From the NCBI GenBank assembly GCA_009924735.1, contig RFQZ01000005.1:25533-89532 (forward strand): a stretch of 64,000 nt of DNA. The letters run 5' to 3'. The DNA is from Flavobacteriia bacterium. GTDB lineage: Bacteria > Bacteroidota > Bacteroidia > Flavobacteriales_D > Crocinitomicaceae. Shown here one piece after another: positions 39,685 through 49,666 of the stretch (position 1 is the stretch's first letter; the number at the start of each line of letters is the position of its first letter). The notes under the pieces are model-generated. The model made no database searches. It was given only the letters and a program-made list of their open reading frames with translations, and was not told where the DNA came from. The translations under genes were made by a program, and so were the position numbers.

Positions 39685-41780
39685 TATGCAATTTTATCCC
39701 ATTCAGGTTTGTTCTTTAACAATTCAACCATTTTTTTGCGCAAGGAAAGGTATTTTGGGTTTTCTAACCGTGGGTCCTCATTGTATATCGCTTCCGCTTC
39801 ATCTCTGGCTAAAATGACGATGGATTGGTCTTTGGATAGATCCGCCATTTTGAAATTTAACGCGCCGCTTTGTTGTGTCCCTAATAAATCACCCGGACCG
39901 CGCAATGCCAAATCAACCTCTGCAATCTTAAATCCATCTGTGGTTTCAACCATGGTTTCCATTCGTTTTTTTGCTTCTTTCGAAAGTGCGTGCGGCGTCA
40001 TTAAAATGCAATGGGATTTTTCTCCCCCTCTACCCACACGTCCCCTAAGTTGATGAAGTTGTGATAAACCAAACCTTTGCGCGCTCTCAATGACCATCAC
40101 CGTGGCATTGGGAACATTCACCCCAACCTCTATCACTGTTGTCGCCACCATGATGTTTGTGATCCCATCTATAAATCGTTTCATTTCATAGGCCTTGACC
40201 TCTGGTTTTAATTTGCCATGAACGATGCTTACTTGGTAGGTCGGCAGGGGAAAAGCCCTTGAGATGGCTTCGAATCCATCTGATAAACTCTTAAAGTCCA
40301 AGGTCTCGCTGTCGTCAATTAAAGGATAGACAATGTAAATCTGTCTGCCCTTTTCAATTTCCTTGCGCATGAAACCAAACAACTCAGAACGATGTGAATC
40401 AAATCGATGAAGGGTTTGGATGGGTTTTCTTCCGGGTGGAAGCTCGTCTATTACAGAAATCTCTAAATCTCCATAAAAGGTCATCGCAAGGGTTCTTGGA
40501 ATAGGGGTTGCGGTCATAACCAAAACATGGGGTGCTAAGGTGTTTTTTTTACGCATTTTAGCGCGTTGTGCGACCCCGAATCGGTGCTGTTCATCAATCA
40601 CTACAAGTCCTAGGTTTTTGAAGACGACAGGGTCCTCTAGCAACGCGTGTGTACCTACCAGGATTTGGATGTCACCATCGGCAAGTTCCTTAAACATCGG
40701 CGTTCGTTGGGACTTCTTCGTAGAACCAGTCAACAATTCTACTCGGACCGGTAAGTCTTGGAGCAATTCGCGTAGTGTTTCTGCATGTTGATGGGCTAAA
40801 ATTTCTGTAGGCGCAAGCAAAGCCGCCTGATAATCATTTCCATTTGCTATGAGCATTGAAATCAAGGCGACCAAGGTTTTACCCGACCCAACATCCCCTT
40901 GAAGTAGACGGTTCATATGTCGTTCCGTTAGAAAGTCTTTACGTATTTCACGGATGACTCTTTTTTGTGCGTTCGTTAAATCAAAAGGCAGGTAATCATT
41001 GTAAAAAGTCTTTAGTATTTCGCCTGATTCGGGAAACAAAAATCCTTTTTCAGTCCGTTTTCGAATGCCTTTTCGGAGGATCATTTCAAATTGCATGAGA
41101 AACAACTCTTCAAACTTGAATCGAAACTGTGCACGTTGGAAATCAATTTCAGTTTCTGGGAAATGGATGTTTTTACAAGCGATTGCCAGCGCGGGCATTT
41201 TGTGTTTTTCCAACAGGTATTCAGGTAGAAAGTCCGCTTGCCTGGTAAGATCGGTTTGTTCGAATAAGGTGCGTATGGCTTTTTCTATGCCTCGGGAATG
41301 AAGTCCTTTTGCATTTAGTTTTTCGGAGCTTCCATAAATGGGCTGAAAACCCTTTGTAATAGAATCTTCAAGGGGGGAAATCTCTGGGTGCGCAATGGTC
41401 CAATGGTTTCCAATGGCTTTTGCTTTTCCAAAAATCTGGTATTTTTTTCCAATCACCAACGTGGGTTTAATCCATCGCCACCCTTGAAACCACATCAATT
41501 GTATGCTCCCGCTATCATCGCTAAACCTGCACTGTAAACGTTTATGTCTTGCGTTTCCTATCTCTTGAATGGCATCGATGTAGCCAATGCATTGTACGTA
41601 ACCATCTACGAGGTGAACTTGTGCACATTGGTGAATTTTCGATCGATCGACATACCGAAACGGAAAATGATAGAGTAAATCGATAAACAAAGAAATTCCG
41701 AGCTCCTTGGATAAGAGTTCAGCCTTCTGCGGACCAATCCCTTTAAGGTAAGCAATTGGGGTATAGAGCGAATCGGACAT
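39684..41780 (-). CDS. recG: ATP-dependent DNA helicase RecG
   Basis: 698 aa. Wedge-domain N-terminus, Walker A GDVGSGKT, DEQHRFG, QLHQLRGRVGRG. Confidence 0.95.
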   Translation of the reverse strand: MSDSLYTPIAYLKGIGPQKAELLSKELGISLFIDLLYHFPFRYVDRSKIHQCAQVHLVDGYVQCIGYIDAIQEIGNARHKRLQCRFSDDSGSIQLMWFQGWRWIKPTLVIGKKYQIFGKAKAIGNHWTIAHPEISPLEDSITKGFQPIYGSSEKLNAKGLHSRGIEKAIRTLFEQTDLTRQADFLPEYLLEKHKMPALAIACKNIHFPETEIDFQRAQFRFKFEELFLMQFEMILRKGIRKRTEKGFLFPESGEILKTFYNDYLPFDLTNAQKRVIREIRKDFLTERHMNRLLQGDVGSGKTLVALISMLIANGNDYQAALLAPTEILAHQHAETLRELLQDLPVRVELLTGSTKKSQRTPMFKELADGDIQILVGTHALLEDPVVFKNLGLVVIDEQHRFGVAQRAKMRKKNTLAPHVLVMTATPIPRTLAMTFYGDLEISVIDELPPGRKPIQTLHRFDSHRSELFGFMRKEIEKGRQIYIVYPLIDDSETLDFKSLSDGFEAISRAFPLPTYQVSIVHGKLKPEVKAYEMKRFIDGITNIMVATTVIEVGVNVPNATVMVIESAQRFGLSQLHQLRGRVGRGGEKSHCILMTPHALSKEAKKRMETMVETTDGFKIAEVDLALRGPGDLLGTQQSGALNFKMADLSKDQSIVILARDEAEAIYNEDPRLENPKYLSLRKKMVELLKNKPEWDKIA

Positions 41781-41792
41781 TTATCGCATGGG

Positions 41793-42746
41793 TTATTTCC
41801 AAACCCCCATTTTTCCAAATTTTTCGATTCGAAGGTTTATTCTTTGATCAGGTTCAAGTGCGTCCAATTCTTCCAGATAGCCTAGAATTTTGGTTTTTAC
41901 GGTGGCAAATATTTCTTGATGCGAACGGTGTGCTCCGTTGATCGGTTCTGTAATTACATCGTCCACCAAACCAAAGGATTTCATGTCGGTTGAAGTAAGT
42001 TTCAATGCGCTGGCAGCCTGTTCCTTGTGTTCCCAAGACCTCCAAAGGATGGATGAGCAAGATTCAGGTGAAATCACAGAGTACCAAGTGTTTTCGAGCA
42101 TTACGACCTTGTCTCCAACACCAATGCCCAACGCACCTCCTGAGGCTCCTTCGCCAATAACGATGCAGATCACAGGGACTTTTAGTCGCATCATTTCATA
42201 AATGTTTCTGGCAATGGCCTCTCCTTGTCCACGTTCCTCAGCTTCCAACCCCGGATAAGCGCCTGGGGTATCTATAAAGGTAACGATGGGTTTGTTAAAT
42301 TTCTCTGCCATTTTCATCAAACGCAGTGCTTTTCGATATCCTTCAGGATTGGGCATTCCAAAATTCCGGAACTGACGCATCTTGGTGTTTATGCCTTTTT
42401 GTTGACCTATGAACATTACGGTGCGTCCATCAATGCTTCCAAAACCACCAATCATCGCCTTGTCATCCTTTACGCCTCTGTCTCCATGCAATTCGAGAAA
42501 ATCACCTCCAGTTACTGCAGAGATGTAAGCCAAAGAATAAGGTCGATCCGGATGGCGGGAAAGTTGAACACGTTGCCACGGCGTAAGATTCTTGAAAATT
42601 TCTGTGGAAGTTTCCTCATATTTCCTTTTCAATTCCAATACCTTGTCACGCATGTCAACCTGCGTGTTGATACCGATTTCTTCGGTTTGGGCAATCTGCT
42701 CCTCTAGTTCTTTTAAAGGCAGCTCAAAGTCTAAAAATGTATGCAT
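41793..42746 (-). CDS. accA: Acetyl-CoA carboxylase carboxyltransferase subunit alpha
   Basis: [34 protein letters not shown] prefer the start at 42746 because a -7 box overlaps the ORF-track start at 42767. Confidence 0.93.
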   Translation of the reverse strand: MHTFLDFELPLKELEEQIAQTEEIGINTQVDMRDKVLELKRKYEETSTEIFKNLTPWQRVQLSRHPDRPYSLAYISAVTGGDFLELHGDRGVKDDKAMIGGFGSIDGRTVMFIGQQKGINTKMRQFRNFGMPNPEGYRKALRLMKMAEKFNKPIVTFIDTPGAYPGLEAEERGQGEAIARNIYEMMRLKVPVICIVIGEGASGGALGIGVGDKVVMLENTWYSVISPESCSSILWRSWEHKEQAASALKLTSTDMKSFGLVDDVITEPINGAHRSHQEIFATVKTKILGYLEELDALEPDQRINLRIEKFGKMGVWK

Positions 42747-42764
42747 TTTATATCGTTCTTTAAA

Positions 42765-42772
42765 CAAAAGTA
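42765..42772 (-). promoter_or_regulatory. Bacteroidota -7 promoter box (TACTTTTG on the minus strand) for accA-recG
   Basis: The plus strand reads CAAAAGTA, 18 nt upstream of the ATG at 42746. Confidence 0.45.
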
Positions 42773-42792
42773 AAAATTTTGATGGGTTCTTG

Positions 42793-42800
42793 TAATTTTG
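42793..42800 (+). promoter_or_regulatory. Bacteroidota -7 promoter box (TAATTTTG) for ispE
   Basis: TAnnTTTG match ending 4 nt before the ATG at 42805. Confidence 0.4.
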
Positions 42801-42804
42801 TCAC

Positions 42805-43635
42805 ATGATCCTTTATCCAAATGCAAAAATAAATCTTGGACTGAACATCCTTGAAAAGCGAAATGACGGTTATCATAACATAGAAACGGTAATGATACCC
42901 ATCCCGGTTTTTGATGTTTTGGAGCTAACAGAATCTAATGAATTTGAAATGATTTATTCTGGCATCCCTTTGCCAATCGACGGTAAGCCCGGTTTGTGTG
43001 AAATGGCTTATCAATCTTTTTATCGAAAACACCCGATTCCGCCGGTTCGGATTCACCTCCGCAAACAAATCCCCATTGGTGCGGGTTTAGGGGGTGGTTC
43101 TTCCGATGCTGCTTTTACCTTACTTGGACTCAATGAAATGTTTGAAGTAGGATTGTCAATACAAGAACTCATGGATATGGCTGCAGAAATTGGCAGTGAT
43201 TGTGCTTTTTTTATCCAAAACCAACCCTGTCTCGCCACGGGTCGAGGGGAAATATTGCACCCAATTTCATTGGATTTAGACAATTTACACATCGTTCTCA
43301 TCCATCCTGACCTACACATTAGTACAAAGGAAGCGTATGCGAAAGTAGTACCTGAAGTACCCAAAGATGCGCTTGGAAAAAGAATTCATTTTCCCCAACA
43401 AGATTGGCAAGCGTGCCTACCCAATGATTTTGAACCCAGACTGGCCTTGCAATACCCTGAAATTGCCGATGGGATTTCACGATTGAAAGATGCCGGCGCA
43501 TTCTATGCCGCACTCTCAGGCAGCGGATCGTCTTACTTTGGGCTTTTCACTGGAGATGCTTTAAAAAATAGGGCAGAATGGCCTCAAAGTTTGTTTGTTG
43601 GTAAATTGGAGTTAACCCCTAAAAAAAAAGCATAG
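42805..43635 (+). CDS. ispE: 4-diphosphocytidyl-2-C-methyl-D-erythritol kinase
   Basis: PNAKINLGL start and the GHMP kinase motif IPIGAGLGGGSSDAA, 276 aa. Confidence 0.9.
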   Translation: MILYPNAKINLGLNILEKRNDGYHNIETVMIPIPVFDVLELTESNEFEMIYSGIPLPIDGKPGLCEMAYQSFYRKHPIPPVRIHLRKQIPIGAGLGGGSSDAAFTLLGLNEMFEVGLSIQELMDMAAEIGSDCAFFIQNQPCLATGRGEILHPISLDLDNLHIVLIHPDLHISTKEAYAKVVPEVPKDALGKRIHFPQQDWQACLPNDFEPRLALQYPEIADGISRLKDAGAFYAALSGSGSSYFGLFTGDALKNRAEWPQSLFVGKLELTPKKKA

Positions 43636-43695
43636 GTATTCAACGTTTAGCCAATTGTCGTATATTTAAGGTCATTAACACTTAAATATTTAACT

Positions 43696-44445
43696 ATGAA
43701 AAAAATTTTTACTTCTGTTTTAGCTCTTTTTATTGCTTCTGCATCTTTTGCACAAGTAACGGTAACCTTTCGTGTTGACGTAACAAACTTTATCGCTGGA
43801 GGCGGAGTTATCGATGCAACGGGGATTCGTTTAACTGGAAATTTTTCTTCCAGAAATGCCACAGCGGGTGGAGCGGCAATGGCTGATTTTTCTCCTTCTA
43901 TACCAAGTTCTGCAATGACAAGTTTGCCAAATAACATCTGGCAGTTGGCAGTTACTTTTCCACAAGCATCCATTGGACAATCTTTAAACTATTTGTTTGT
44001 AAATGGTAACTTCGGAAGCCAAGAAGGTACAGCGGCTTCAAGCACACTAATTTCAGGAAATTGTGGAGCTACTGCGACAGTTCAGGGAACACCATTGGTT
44101 ACAAGGGTATTGGCAGCGATTCCTAATACAGCAACAACCTATGCTTTTTGTTGGGATAAATGTACCGCATCTTGCAATGCAGGATTGAACGACGTTGAGA
44201 TTACAAATGTCATGGTTACACCGAATCCAACTTCTGACATCGTTGTTTTTGGTTTTGAATCTGTTTCTAACGAAGCTACCATTTCATTGTTTGACCTTTC
44301 AGGTAAAGAAGTATTGAATCAAAACGTTGTTACCGAAAGCGTAAACAACATCGAGATTTCAACTGCGAATTTAAATGCAGGGACTTATTTTTATCAAATT
44401 AAATCTGGAGACAACATTACTTCAGGAAAATTGATGAAAAACTAA
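43696..44445 (+). CDS. Secreted protein with a type IX secretion (T9SS) C-terminal sorting domain
   Basis: Signal peptide MKKIFTSVLALFIASASFAQ. The C-terminal ~80 aa match the Por/T9SS CTD pattern (VTPNPTSD.., LFDLSGKEV.., LNAGTYFYQIKSGD..GKLMKN). Confidence 0.75.
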   Translation: MKKIFTSVLALFIASASFAQVTVTFRVDVTNFIAGGGVIDATGIRLTGNFSSRNATAGGAAMADFSPSIPSSAMTSLPNNIWQLAVTFPQASIGQSLNYLFVNGNFGSQEGTAASSTLISGNCGATATVQGTPLVTRVLAAIPNTATTYAFCWDKCTASCNAGLNDVEITNVMVTPNPTSDIVVFGFESVSNEATISLFDLSGKEVLNQNVVTESVNNIEISTANLNAGTYFYQIKSGDNITSGKLMKN

Positions 44446-44470
44446 TTCACCTTCAAACTTTTAGAAAAGC

Positions 44471-46054
44471 TCAACTTCGGTTGGGCTTTTTTCGTTTAAA
44501 GAGGTAAAACATCAGTAAAATACCTGAAGCAAGTAAGGCGACTTTTCCTAAAAAATCACCCTGTCGAGTATAGAATGTCAACCCTTCCAATAAAGGGATT
44601 TTCATGTCAATGTAATCTTGTGTGTCGAATTTAGTTGCTGTAAGGCAATTACCATTGGGATTAAAAACTGAACTTATCCCTGTGTTTCCTGACCTCACTA
44701 GGTACTTTCTGTTTTCAATGGCTCGCAATGCAGAAAACGAATTGTGTTGTTTGTAACCGGGTGTGTTGCCCCACCATCCATCGTTCGTGATTACGCACAG
44801 CAGGTTTGCACCTTGTTTTACTTGTTTCCCAATAAATTCTCCATAAATCGACTCGTAGCAAACGATGGGGGCAAGTTTTAACCTTCCGTCTCGGACCATT
44901 TTAGGGTAGCGTTCAGTTCCTAAAGAGCCCGAGCCTCCTTCAAGCTCAATGGCATATTTCTCTAAAAATGGCAAAAGACTGATAAAAGGTACCTTTTCAA
45001 CGCCAAGTACCAATTTCGATTTATGGACAAAATTTATCTTTTTCTCGGAGAAATAGAGAGACGAGTTATAGGATTCATAAAACCCTTCATTGGGAATTTC
45101 TCGGCTCGCAGCGGAGTATTTTTTATCGAAAATTTTGAAGGTTGAAGCGCCAATGAGAATTTTACAATGCTTTTTTTCTATAAGTTTTTCCTTTAGAAGC
45201 TTGTAGGATTTTGTGTTTTTAAATTGATTTTCCACAAAATACTCTTGGATGGCAGTTTCAGGACATAGGATCAGCAAGGAGTCGTTCGGCGCGCCGCTGG
45301 CCATCTCAATCATGCGTTCCAATTGTGCCTCGGCGGACATTCCCCCAAACTTATCTTTGTAAGGGTCAATGTTAGGTTGAATGATCCTTAGGTTTTGCTT
45401 GAATGCGCGTTGGGTGCGATTTTGCAAGTTCTGCAGTAACAGTATTGAGCAGAAAAGGGGTACGGCCATGAATCCTAGGGTAATGTATACCAAAAGGTTT
45501 CTTTTTGCGGGTAGACAAAGCATTAAGGTAAGAAGTACATTGATACACATCACCCAGAGACTTCCGCCTAAGATTCCAGTGTACTCATACCATTGAACCC
45601 ATGTTGGACGTATGGAAAAGAAATTTCCCATGGTTAGCCAGGGCCACGAAAGCTCCCAATTTAAGTGTGCATATTCAAAACTCAACCAGAGCAAACTGGT
45701 AAAAATTAAATAATGAAGGTTTCCTTTTTTCCTTGTGATGCGATAAGCAAGGGTTAAGGCCCCTGTCATCAATAAGCCATTGCTTACAAAAGCCATGATT
45801 GCACCTGCATGGGTTGAATTCCAAATCCACCAAGTCGTCCAGATGTTAAAAACCAGCATACTGATCAATGCGTGAATGAAGAAATGTCTCGGTTTTTTAG
45901 CTTCAGATTTCAGTGAAATACCTACGGTAAACAAGGGTACCCATGCGATAAAAACCAATGGAGTCAAGCTTCCTGTAAAAGGGAATGACAAACCCAGCAA
46001 AACTCCCGTGAGGAGACTTGCAATATACCTTTTTTGTCGTGTTAGCAGCATCAT
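44471..46054 (-). CDS. lnt: Apolipoprotein N-acyltransferase
   Basis: Multi-TM N-terminal half plus a C-terminal CN-hydrolase domain (CYES catalytic Cys context VCYESIYG, NDGWWG). I prefer the ATG at 46054 over the TTG at 46072, which lies inside the upstream terminator. Confidence 0.85.
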   Translation of the reverse strand: MMLLTRQKRYIASLLTGVLLGLSFPFTGSLTPLVFIAWVPLFTVGISLKSEAKKPRHFFIHALISMLVFNIWTTWWIWNSTHAGAIMAFVSNGLLMTGALTLAYRITRKKGNLHYLIFTSLLWLSFEYAHLNWELSWPWLTMGNFFSIRPTWVQWYEYTGILGGSLWVMCINVLLTLMLCLPAKRNLLVYITLGFMAVPLFCSILLLQNLQNRTQRAFKQNLRIIQPNIDPYKDKFGGMSAEAQLERMIEMASGAPNDSLLILCPETAIQEYFVENQFKNTKSYKLLKEKLIEKKHCKILIGASTFKIFDKKYSAASREIPNEGFYESYNSSLYFSEKKINFVHKSKLVLGVEKVPFISLLPFLEKYAIELEGGSGSLGTERYPKMVRDGRLKLAPIVCYESIYGEFIGKQVKQGANLLCVITNDGWWGNTPGYKQHNSFSALRAIENRKYLVRSGNTGISSVFNPNGNCLTATKFDTQDYIDMKIPLLEGLTFYTRQGDFLGKVALLASGILLMFYLFKRKKPNRS

Positions 46055-46070
46055 AGGATACAAAATAAAC

Positions 46071-46102
46071 AAAAAAAAAGCCCCTCGGGATGCGAAGGGC
46101 TT
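46071..46102 (-). terminator. Rho-independent terminator after rpmA
   Basis: The minus strand reads AAGCCC-ttcgcatcccga-GGGGCTT followed by 9 T. Confidence 0.65.
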
Positions 46103-46122
46103 AAAATATCAGTATTTATTAA

Positions 46123-46392
46123 TTATGCTTCTGTGGTCTCGAAAGGAACAACGGATACGTATGAACGGTTGTCCTTTTTCTTACGGAATTCTACCAATCC
46201 ATCTGCTACTGCAAATAAGGTATGGTCCTTACCAATTCCAACATTTTCACCTGGGTGATGCTGCGTTCCGCGTTGACGTACGATGATGTTACCGGAAATA
46301 GCAACTTGTCCACCAAAAATTTTCACACCCAATCGCTTGCTATGTGACTCTCTACCATTTTTAGAACTACCGACTCCTTTCTTATGTGCCAT
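46123..46392 (-). CDS. rpmA: 50S ribosomal protein L27
   Basis: [24 protein letters not shown], 89 aa. Confidence 0.97.
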   Translation of the reverse strand: MAHKKGVGSSKNGRESHSKRLGVKIFGGQVAISGNIIVRQRGTQHHPGENVGIGKDHTLFAVADGLVEFRKKKDNRSYVSVVPFETTEA

Positions 46393-46415
46393 GATTATTC
46401 TTCTATTAAAATATT

Positions 46416-46727
46416 TTAGCCTTTAATTTCTGTGATTTTCACAGAAGTGAATTGTTGACGATGCCCGTTTTTCTTGGCATAGCCTTTTCTTCTTTTCTTT
46501 TTGAAAATAATTACCTTGTCTCCTTTGACATGGTCTAATACTTCAACGGTGACACTTGCACCGTTAATAGCTGGGGCGCCTAAAGTTATGTTGCCTTCGT
46601 TTTCGATGAGTAATACATTTTCAAAAGTTACTTTTGAGCCTGTTTCTGCATCCATTCTATGAACATATACCTTCTGGTCTTTCTGCACTTTGAACTGCTG
46701 CCCTGCTATATCTACTATTGCGTACAT
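46416..46727 (-). CDS. rplU: 50S ribosomal protein L21
   Basis: [14 protein letters not shown], 103 aa, upstream of rpmA. Confidence 0.97.
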   Translation of the reverse strand: MYAIVDIAGQQFKVQKDQKVYVHRMDAETGSKVTFENVLLIENEGNITLGAPAINGASVTVEVLDHVKGDKVIIFKKKRRKGYAKKNGHRQQFTSVKITEIKG

Positions 46728-46762
46728 TGAACTGGAAATTTTAAGTTATTGAATTTCGGAGG

Positions 46763-46770
46763 GCAAAGAT
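46763..46770 (-). promoter_or_regulatory. Bacteroidota -7 promoter box (TATCTTTG on the minus strand) for rplU-rpmA
   Basis: The plus strand reads CAAAGATA, about 36 nt upstream of the ATG at 46727. Confidence 0.45.
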
Positions 46771-46798
46771 ATGTTTTCTATTTATAAATACAAAAACT

Positions 46799-47752
46799 TT
46801 ATTGCCTATTCTTTTTCCAAATTTTCAGAATGTTTTCATGGAAATTCACCAAGAATACACCGACAAGAATAATTGCCATGGAAAACAACTGCTGAAGGGT
46901 CAGCGATTCATGAAGTATGAAACCAAAGAACACTGCAAAAATAGGGATTAAATAGGTAACGGAGCTTGCAAATATGGCGGATGTTAACTTGATCAGTCGG
47001 TTGAAAAGAACATTCGAAATCGCCGTCCCTATGAACCCTAATATGAATACATAACCCAAAGACTGCATTCCGAATTTTGCTTGAAGCAAGGCGGTCCCTG
47101 TTCCTGTGTACAAAAAGGTGAGGAATGAAAACGGAAGGATGCACAACAATCCGAGCGAGGAAACTTCCAATGCGCTTACATGACTTAATTTTTGGCGGAT
47201 GGTATTCACGCTTATTCCATACAACAAGGTGGCAAGTAAAATGGCTAAAATGTGGGTTGGGGTGCCTCCAAGTTTAAGTCCAAGGCTTGCGCTGACCAAG
47301 GTGCCAATGCCTAAAATCCCAACCATAATCCCCATGACCTGTAGTCGGTGAATTTTAATCCCAAAAGCGACGAATCCAATCAGCGCTGTAAAAACCGGTG
47401 TAAAACTGTTGAGGATCCCGCTTAATCCACTGCTGAGTCCAGTCCCGGCGTAGGTAAATAAAAACGATGGAATAAAGTTACCACACAATCCCACAATCAA
47501 GAAGTAAATCCCGGTTTTAGAAAACAACAAGCGGTATTTTGGAACAGAGAAGGGGAGAAAGGCCAATGCGGCAATGAGCATGCGTAAACCAGCAACCTGT
47601 TGCGCATCTAAGGTTTTGAATCCCGTCACTGGCTCCATCCCCAATTTCATAAGGATGAACGAGCTGCCCCAAACGCTTCCCAGGACGACTAAAAAAAGGA
47701 CACCTTTTATTTTTTTTTGCACAAACAAAGGTAAGTCTAAATATTCACCCAC
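46799..47752 (-). CDS. EamA/DMT-superfamily transporter
   Basis: 317 aa, about 10 TM helices arranged as two EamA-like halves. Confidence 0.8.
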   Translation of the reverse strand: MGEYLDLPLFVQKKIKGVLFLVVLGSVWGSSFILMKLGMEPVTGFKTLDAQQVAGLRMLIAALAFLPFSVPKYRLLFSKTGIYFLIVGLCGNFIPSFLFTYAGTGLSSGLSGILNSFTPVFTALIGFVAFGIKIHRLQVMGIMVGILGIGTLVSASLGLKLGGTPTHILAILLATLLYGISVNTIRQKLSHVSALEVSSLGLLCILPFSFLTFLYTGTGTALLQAKFGMQSLGYVFILGFIGTAISNVLFNRLIKLTSAIFASSVTYLIPIFAVFFGFILHESLTLQQLFSMAIILVGVFLVNFHENILKIWKKNRQ

Positions 47753-47828
47753 AATTTCCCACTTATGAAAATATTAATGAAAGCTAAAGCAGTTCTCAAA
47801 ATAATTTTTTTATTGCATTGCGTTGTTG

Positions 47829-47836
47829 TAGATTTG
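47829..47836 (+). promoter_or_regulatory. Bacteroidota -7 promoter box (TAGATTTG) for the dcw operon
   Basis: TAnnTTTG match 78 nt upstream of the mraZ ATG. Confidence 0.4.
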
Positions 47837-47866
47837 CTTCATAAGTTATTAACAATTTAAATTCTG

Positions 47867-47881
47867 GTGGTAAAAAGTGGT
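47867..47881 (+). promoter_or_regulatory. Candidate MraZ operator: two GTGGT direct repeats 10 bp apart
   Basis: GTGGTaaaaaGTGGT. The second copy sits in AAAGTGG context. Located between the -7 box and the mraZ ATG. Confidence 0.4.
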
Positions 47882-47914
47882 AGGATTACCATTAACTTTA
47901 CCCATTATAACGCT

Positions 47915-48373
47915 ATGGCAGGTTTGGTCGGAGAATTTGAGGTGAAACTGGATGTAAAAGGCCGGTTTTTGTTTCCTTCTGGTTTACGGAAGCAGCTCTC
48001 CGGTGGATCTCAGCGAGATTTTATGTTGAACAAGGGGTTTGAACAATGTTTGACCATTTACCCGCTCCCGGAATGGGAAAAGGTGAGTGCAAAACTTGAG
48101 AAAATAAACCTCTTCAACCCAAAAAACAGGATGTTTTACCGACTGTTTCACCAAGGAGCCAAGCAGGTTTCTTTGGATGGTGCAGGAAGGTTGCTCATTC
48201 CGGTTGCCCACATGGAAAGGGTTGGGTTGGTGTCGGATGTAATGCTTATTGCTTACAATGACCGCATAGAAATCTGGGATAAGGCAATGTACTTCGAGAT
48301 GATCGAAGGCAACATGCCGAATTTCGCTGACCTGGCCAATGAAGTAATGGGTGATTTTAACAATGAAGAATAA
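47915..48373 (+). CDS. mraZ: Transcriptional regulator MraZ
   Basis: MAGLVGEFEVKLDVKGRFLFPSGLRKQL plus a second SpoVT/AbrB-like repeat (LDGAGRLLIP). I prefer the start at 47915 over 47867. Confidence 0.9.
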   Translation: MAGLVGEFEVKLDVKGRFLFPSGLRKQLSGGSQRDFMLNKGFEQCLTIYPLPEWEKVSAKLEKINLFNPKNRMFYRLFHQGAKQVSLDGAGRLLIPVAHMERVGLVSDVMLIAYNDRIEIWDKAMYFEMIEGNMPNFADLANEVMGDFNNEE

Positions 48374-49274
48374 CTTAGCATACCACGTCCCTGTTTTATT
48401 GGAAGAAAGTGTCGCTGGATTGAACCTAAATCCCGATGCTTTGGTTGTGGACGCGACCTTCGGTGGAGGCGGTCATTCTGCGTTAATTCTCTCGAAACTA
48501 GGTCCAAAGGGTAAGCTTTTCGCCATAGATCAAGATGCGGATGCCCATGCCAATGGTTTTGATGCGCCCAATTTCAAACCAATCAACGGAAATTTTCAAT
48601 ACTTGAAAAATCACCTTGCGATGCAAGGGGTGTCAAAGGTAGATGCAATCTTGGCAGACATCGGTGTTTCTTCCCATCAGTTCGATGCTGCTGAACGTGG
48701 TTTTAGTCTGCGGAACAATGGCCAGCTCGATATGCGGATGAACCGAAAGAACGATAACTCGGCGGCGAGTGTTTTGAATGCTTACTCGGAGTCCGATTTG
48801 CTCACGATGTTCAGGAGTTATTCTGACATTTCCAATGCATACCGATTGGTGCAGCAGTTACTGGCTTTTCGCAACATCAAACCCTTTGAGTTTACCGAAG
48901 AATTGGTAAGGGTTAGTGAGAAATGTGCCCCCAAAACAAAAGAACATAAATACATCGCACAAGTGTTTCAAGCGCTTCGGATTGAAGTAAATCAGGAAAT
49001 TGAGGCGTTAAAAGCGTTGCTTTTGGCTTCTGCGGAGGTACTTAATCCGGGAGGAAGGATGGTGGTGATTTCTTACCACTCGATTGAAGATAGGCTCGTG
49101 AAAAATTTCTTCAAACGTGGATCCTTTGACGGCGAAATCACAAAGGATTTTTTCGGAAATGTCCAAAAACCTTTTGAAGAATGGAACCGACATCCACTGG
49201 TTCCAACCGATGCTGAAATTGAAAGAAACAGCCGTGCCCGAAGTGCGAAACTTAGAATTGCCACGAAAAAATGA
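48363..49274 (+). CDS. rsmH: 16S rRNA (cytosine1402-N4)-methyltransferase
   Basis: YHVPVLLEES, DATFGGGGHS, DIGVSSHQFD, ISYHSIEDRLVK. Confidence 0.93.
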   Translation: MKNNLAYHVPVLLEESVAGLNLNPDALVVDATFGGGGHSALILSKLGPKGKLFAIDQDADAHANGFDAPNFKPINGNFQYLKNHLAMQGVSKVDAILADIGVSSHQFDAAERGFSLRNNGQLDMRMNRKNDNSAASVLNAYSESDLLTMFRSYSDISNAYRLVQQLLAFRNIKPFEFTEELVRVSEKCAPKTKEHKYIAQVFQALRIEVNQEIEALKALLLASAEVLNPGGRMVVISYHSIEDRLVKNFFKRGSFDGEITKDFFGNVQKPFEEWNRHPLVPTDAEIERNSRARSAKLRIATKK

Positions 49275-49666
49275 CAGGAAATCAATTTACCTCCCACGAT
49301 GATGGCGTAAAGGCGAATCCTACGCCTAAAAAACCCAAGACAACCGTGGGGATTTTAACGCAAATACTCAATGGCGATTTCTTGTCCAAGGATTTTGTCC
49401 TAAACAACATGCTTTATTTTCTCTTCATTTTCTTTCTTCTCTTCTTGGTCGTCGCTAAAGGCTATTATGGCAAGCAAGTATTGAAAGACATCCAAGAAAA
49501 CCGAAGAGAGCTGGATCAAAACACATCCGATTATATCGATGCCAAAACGCGACTGGAAGAAACTACGCGAAGGTATAAGATGGCGGAAAAGCTACTAAAA
49601 AGAGAACTTGTGGAATCACAGAACGCAATCAAAGTAATCAAATCAAAGGACCTTAAACATGAGTAA
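49271..49666 (+). CDS. FtsL-like cell-division protein
   Basis: 131 aa, a single TM (MLYFLFIFFLLFLVVA) followed by a coiled coil. Conserved slot between rsmH and ftsI. Confidence 0.65.
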   Translation: MTGNQFTSHDDGVKANPTPKKPKTTVGILTQILNGDFLSKDFVLNNMLYFLFIFFLLFLVVAKGYYGKQVLKDIQENRRELDQNTSDYIDAKTRLEETTRRYKMAEKLLKRELVESQNAIKVIKSKDLKHE

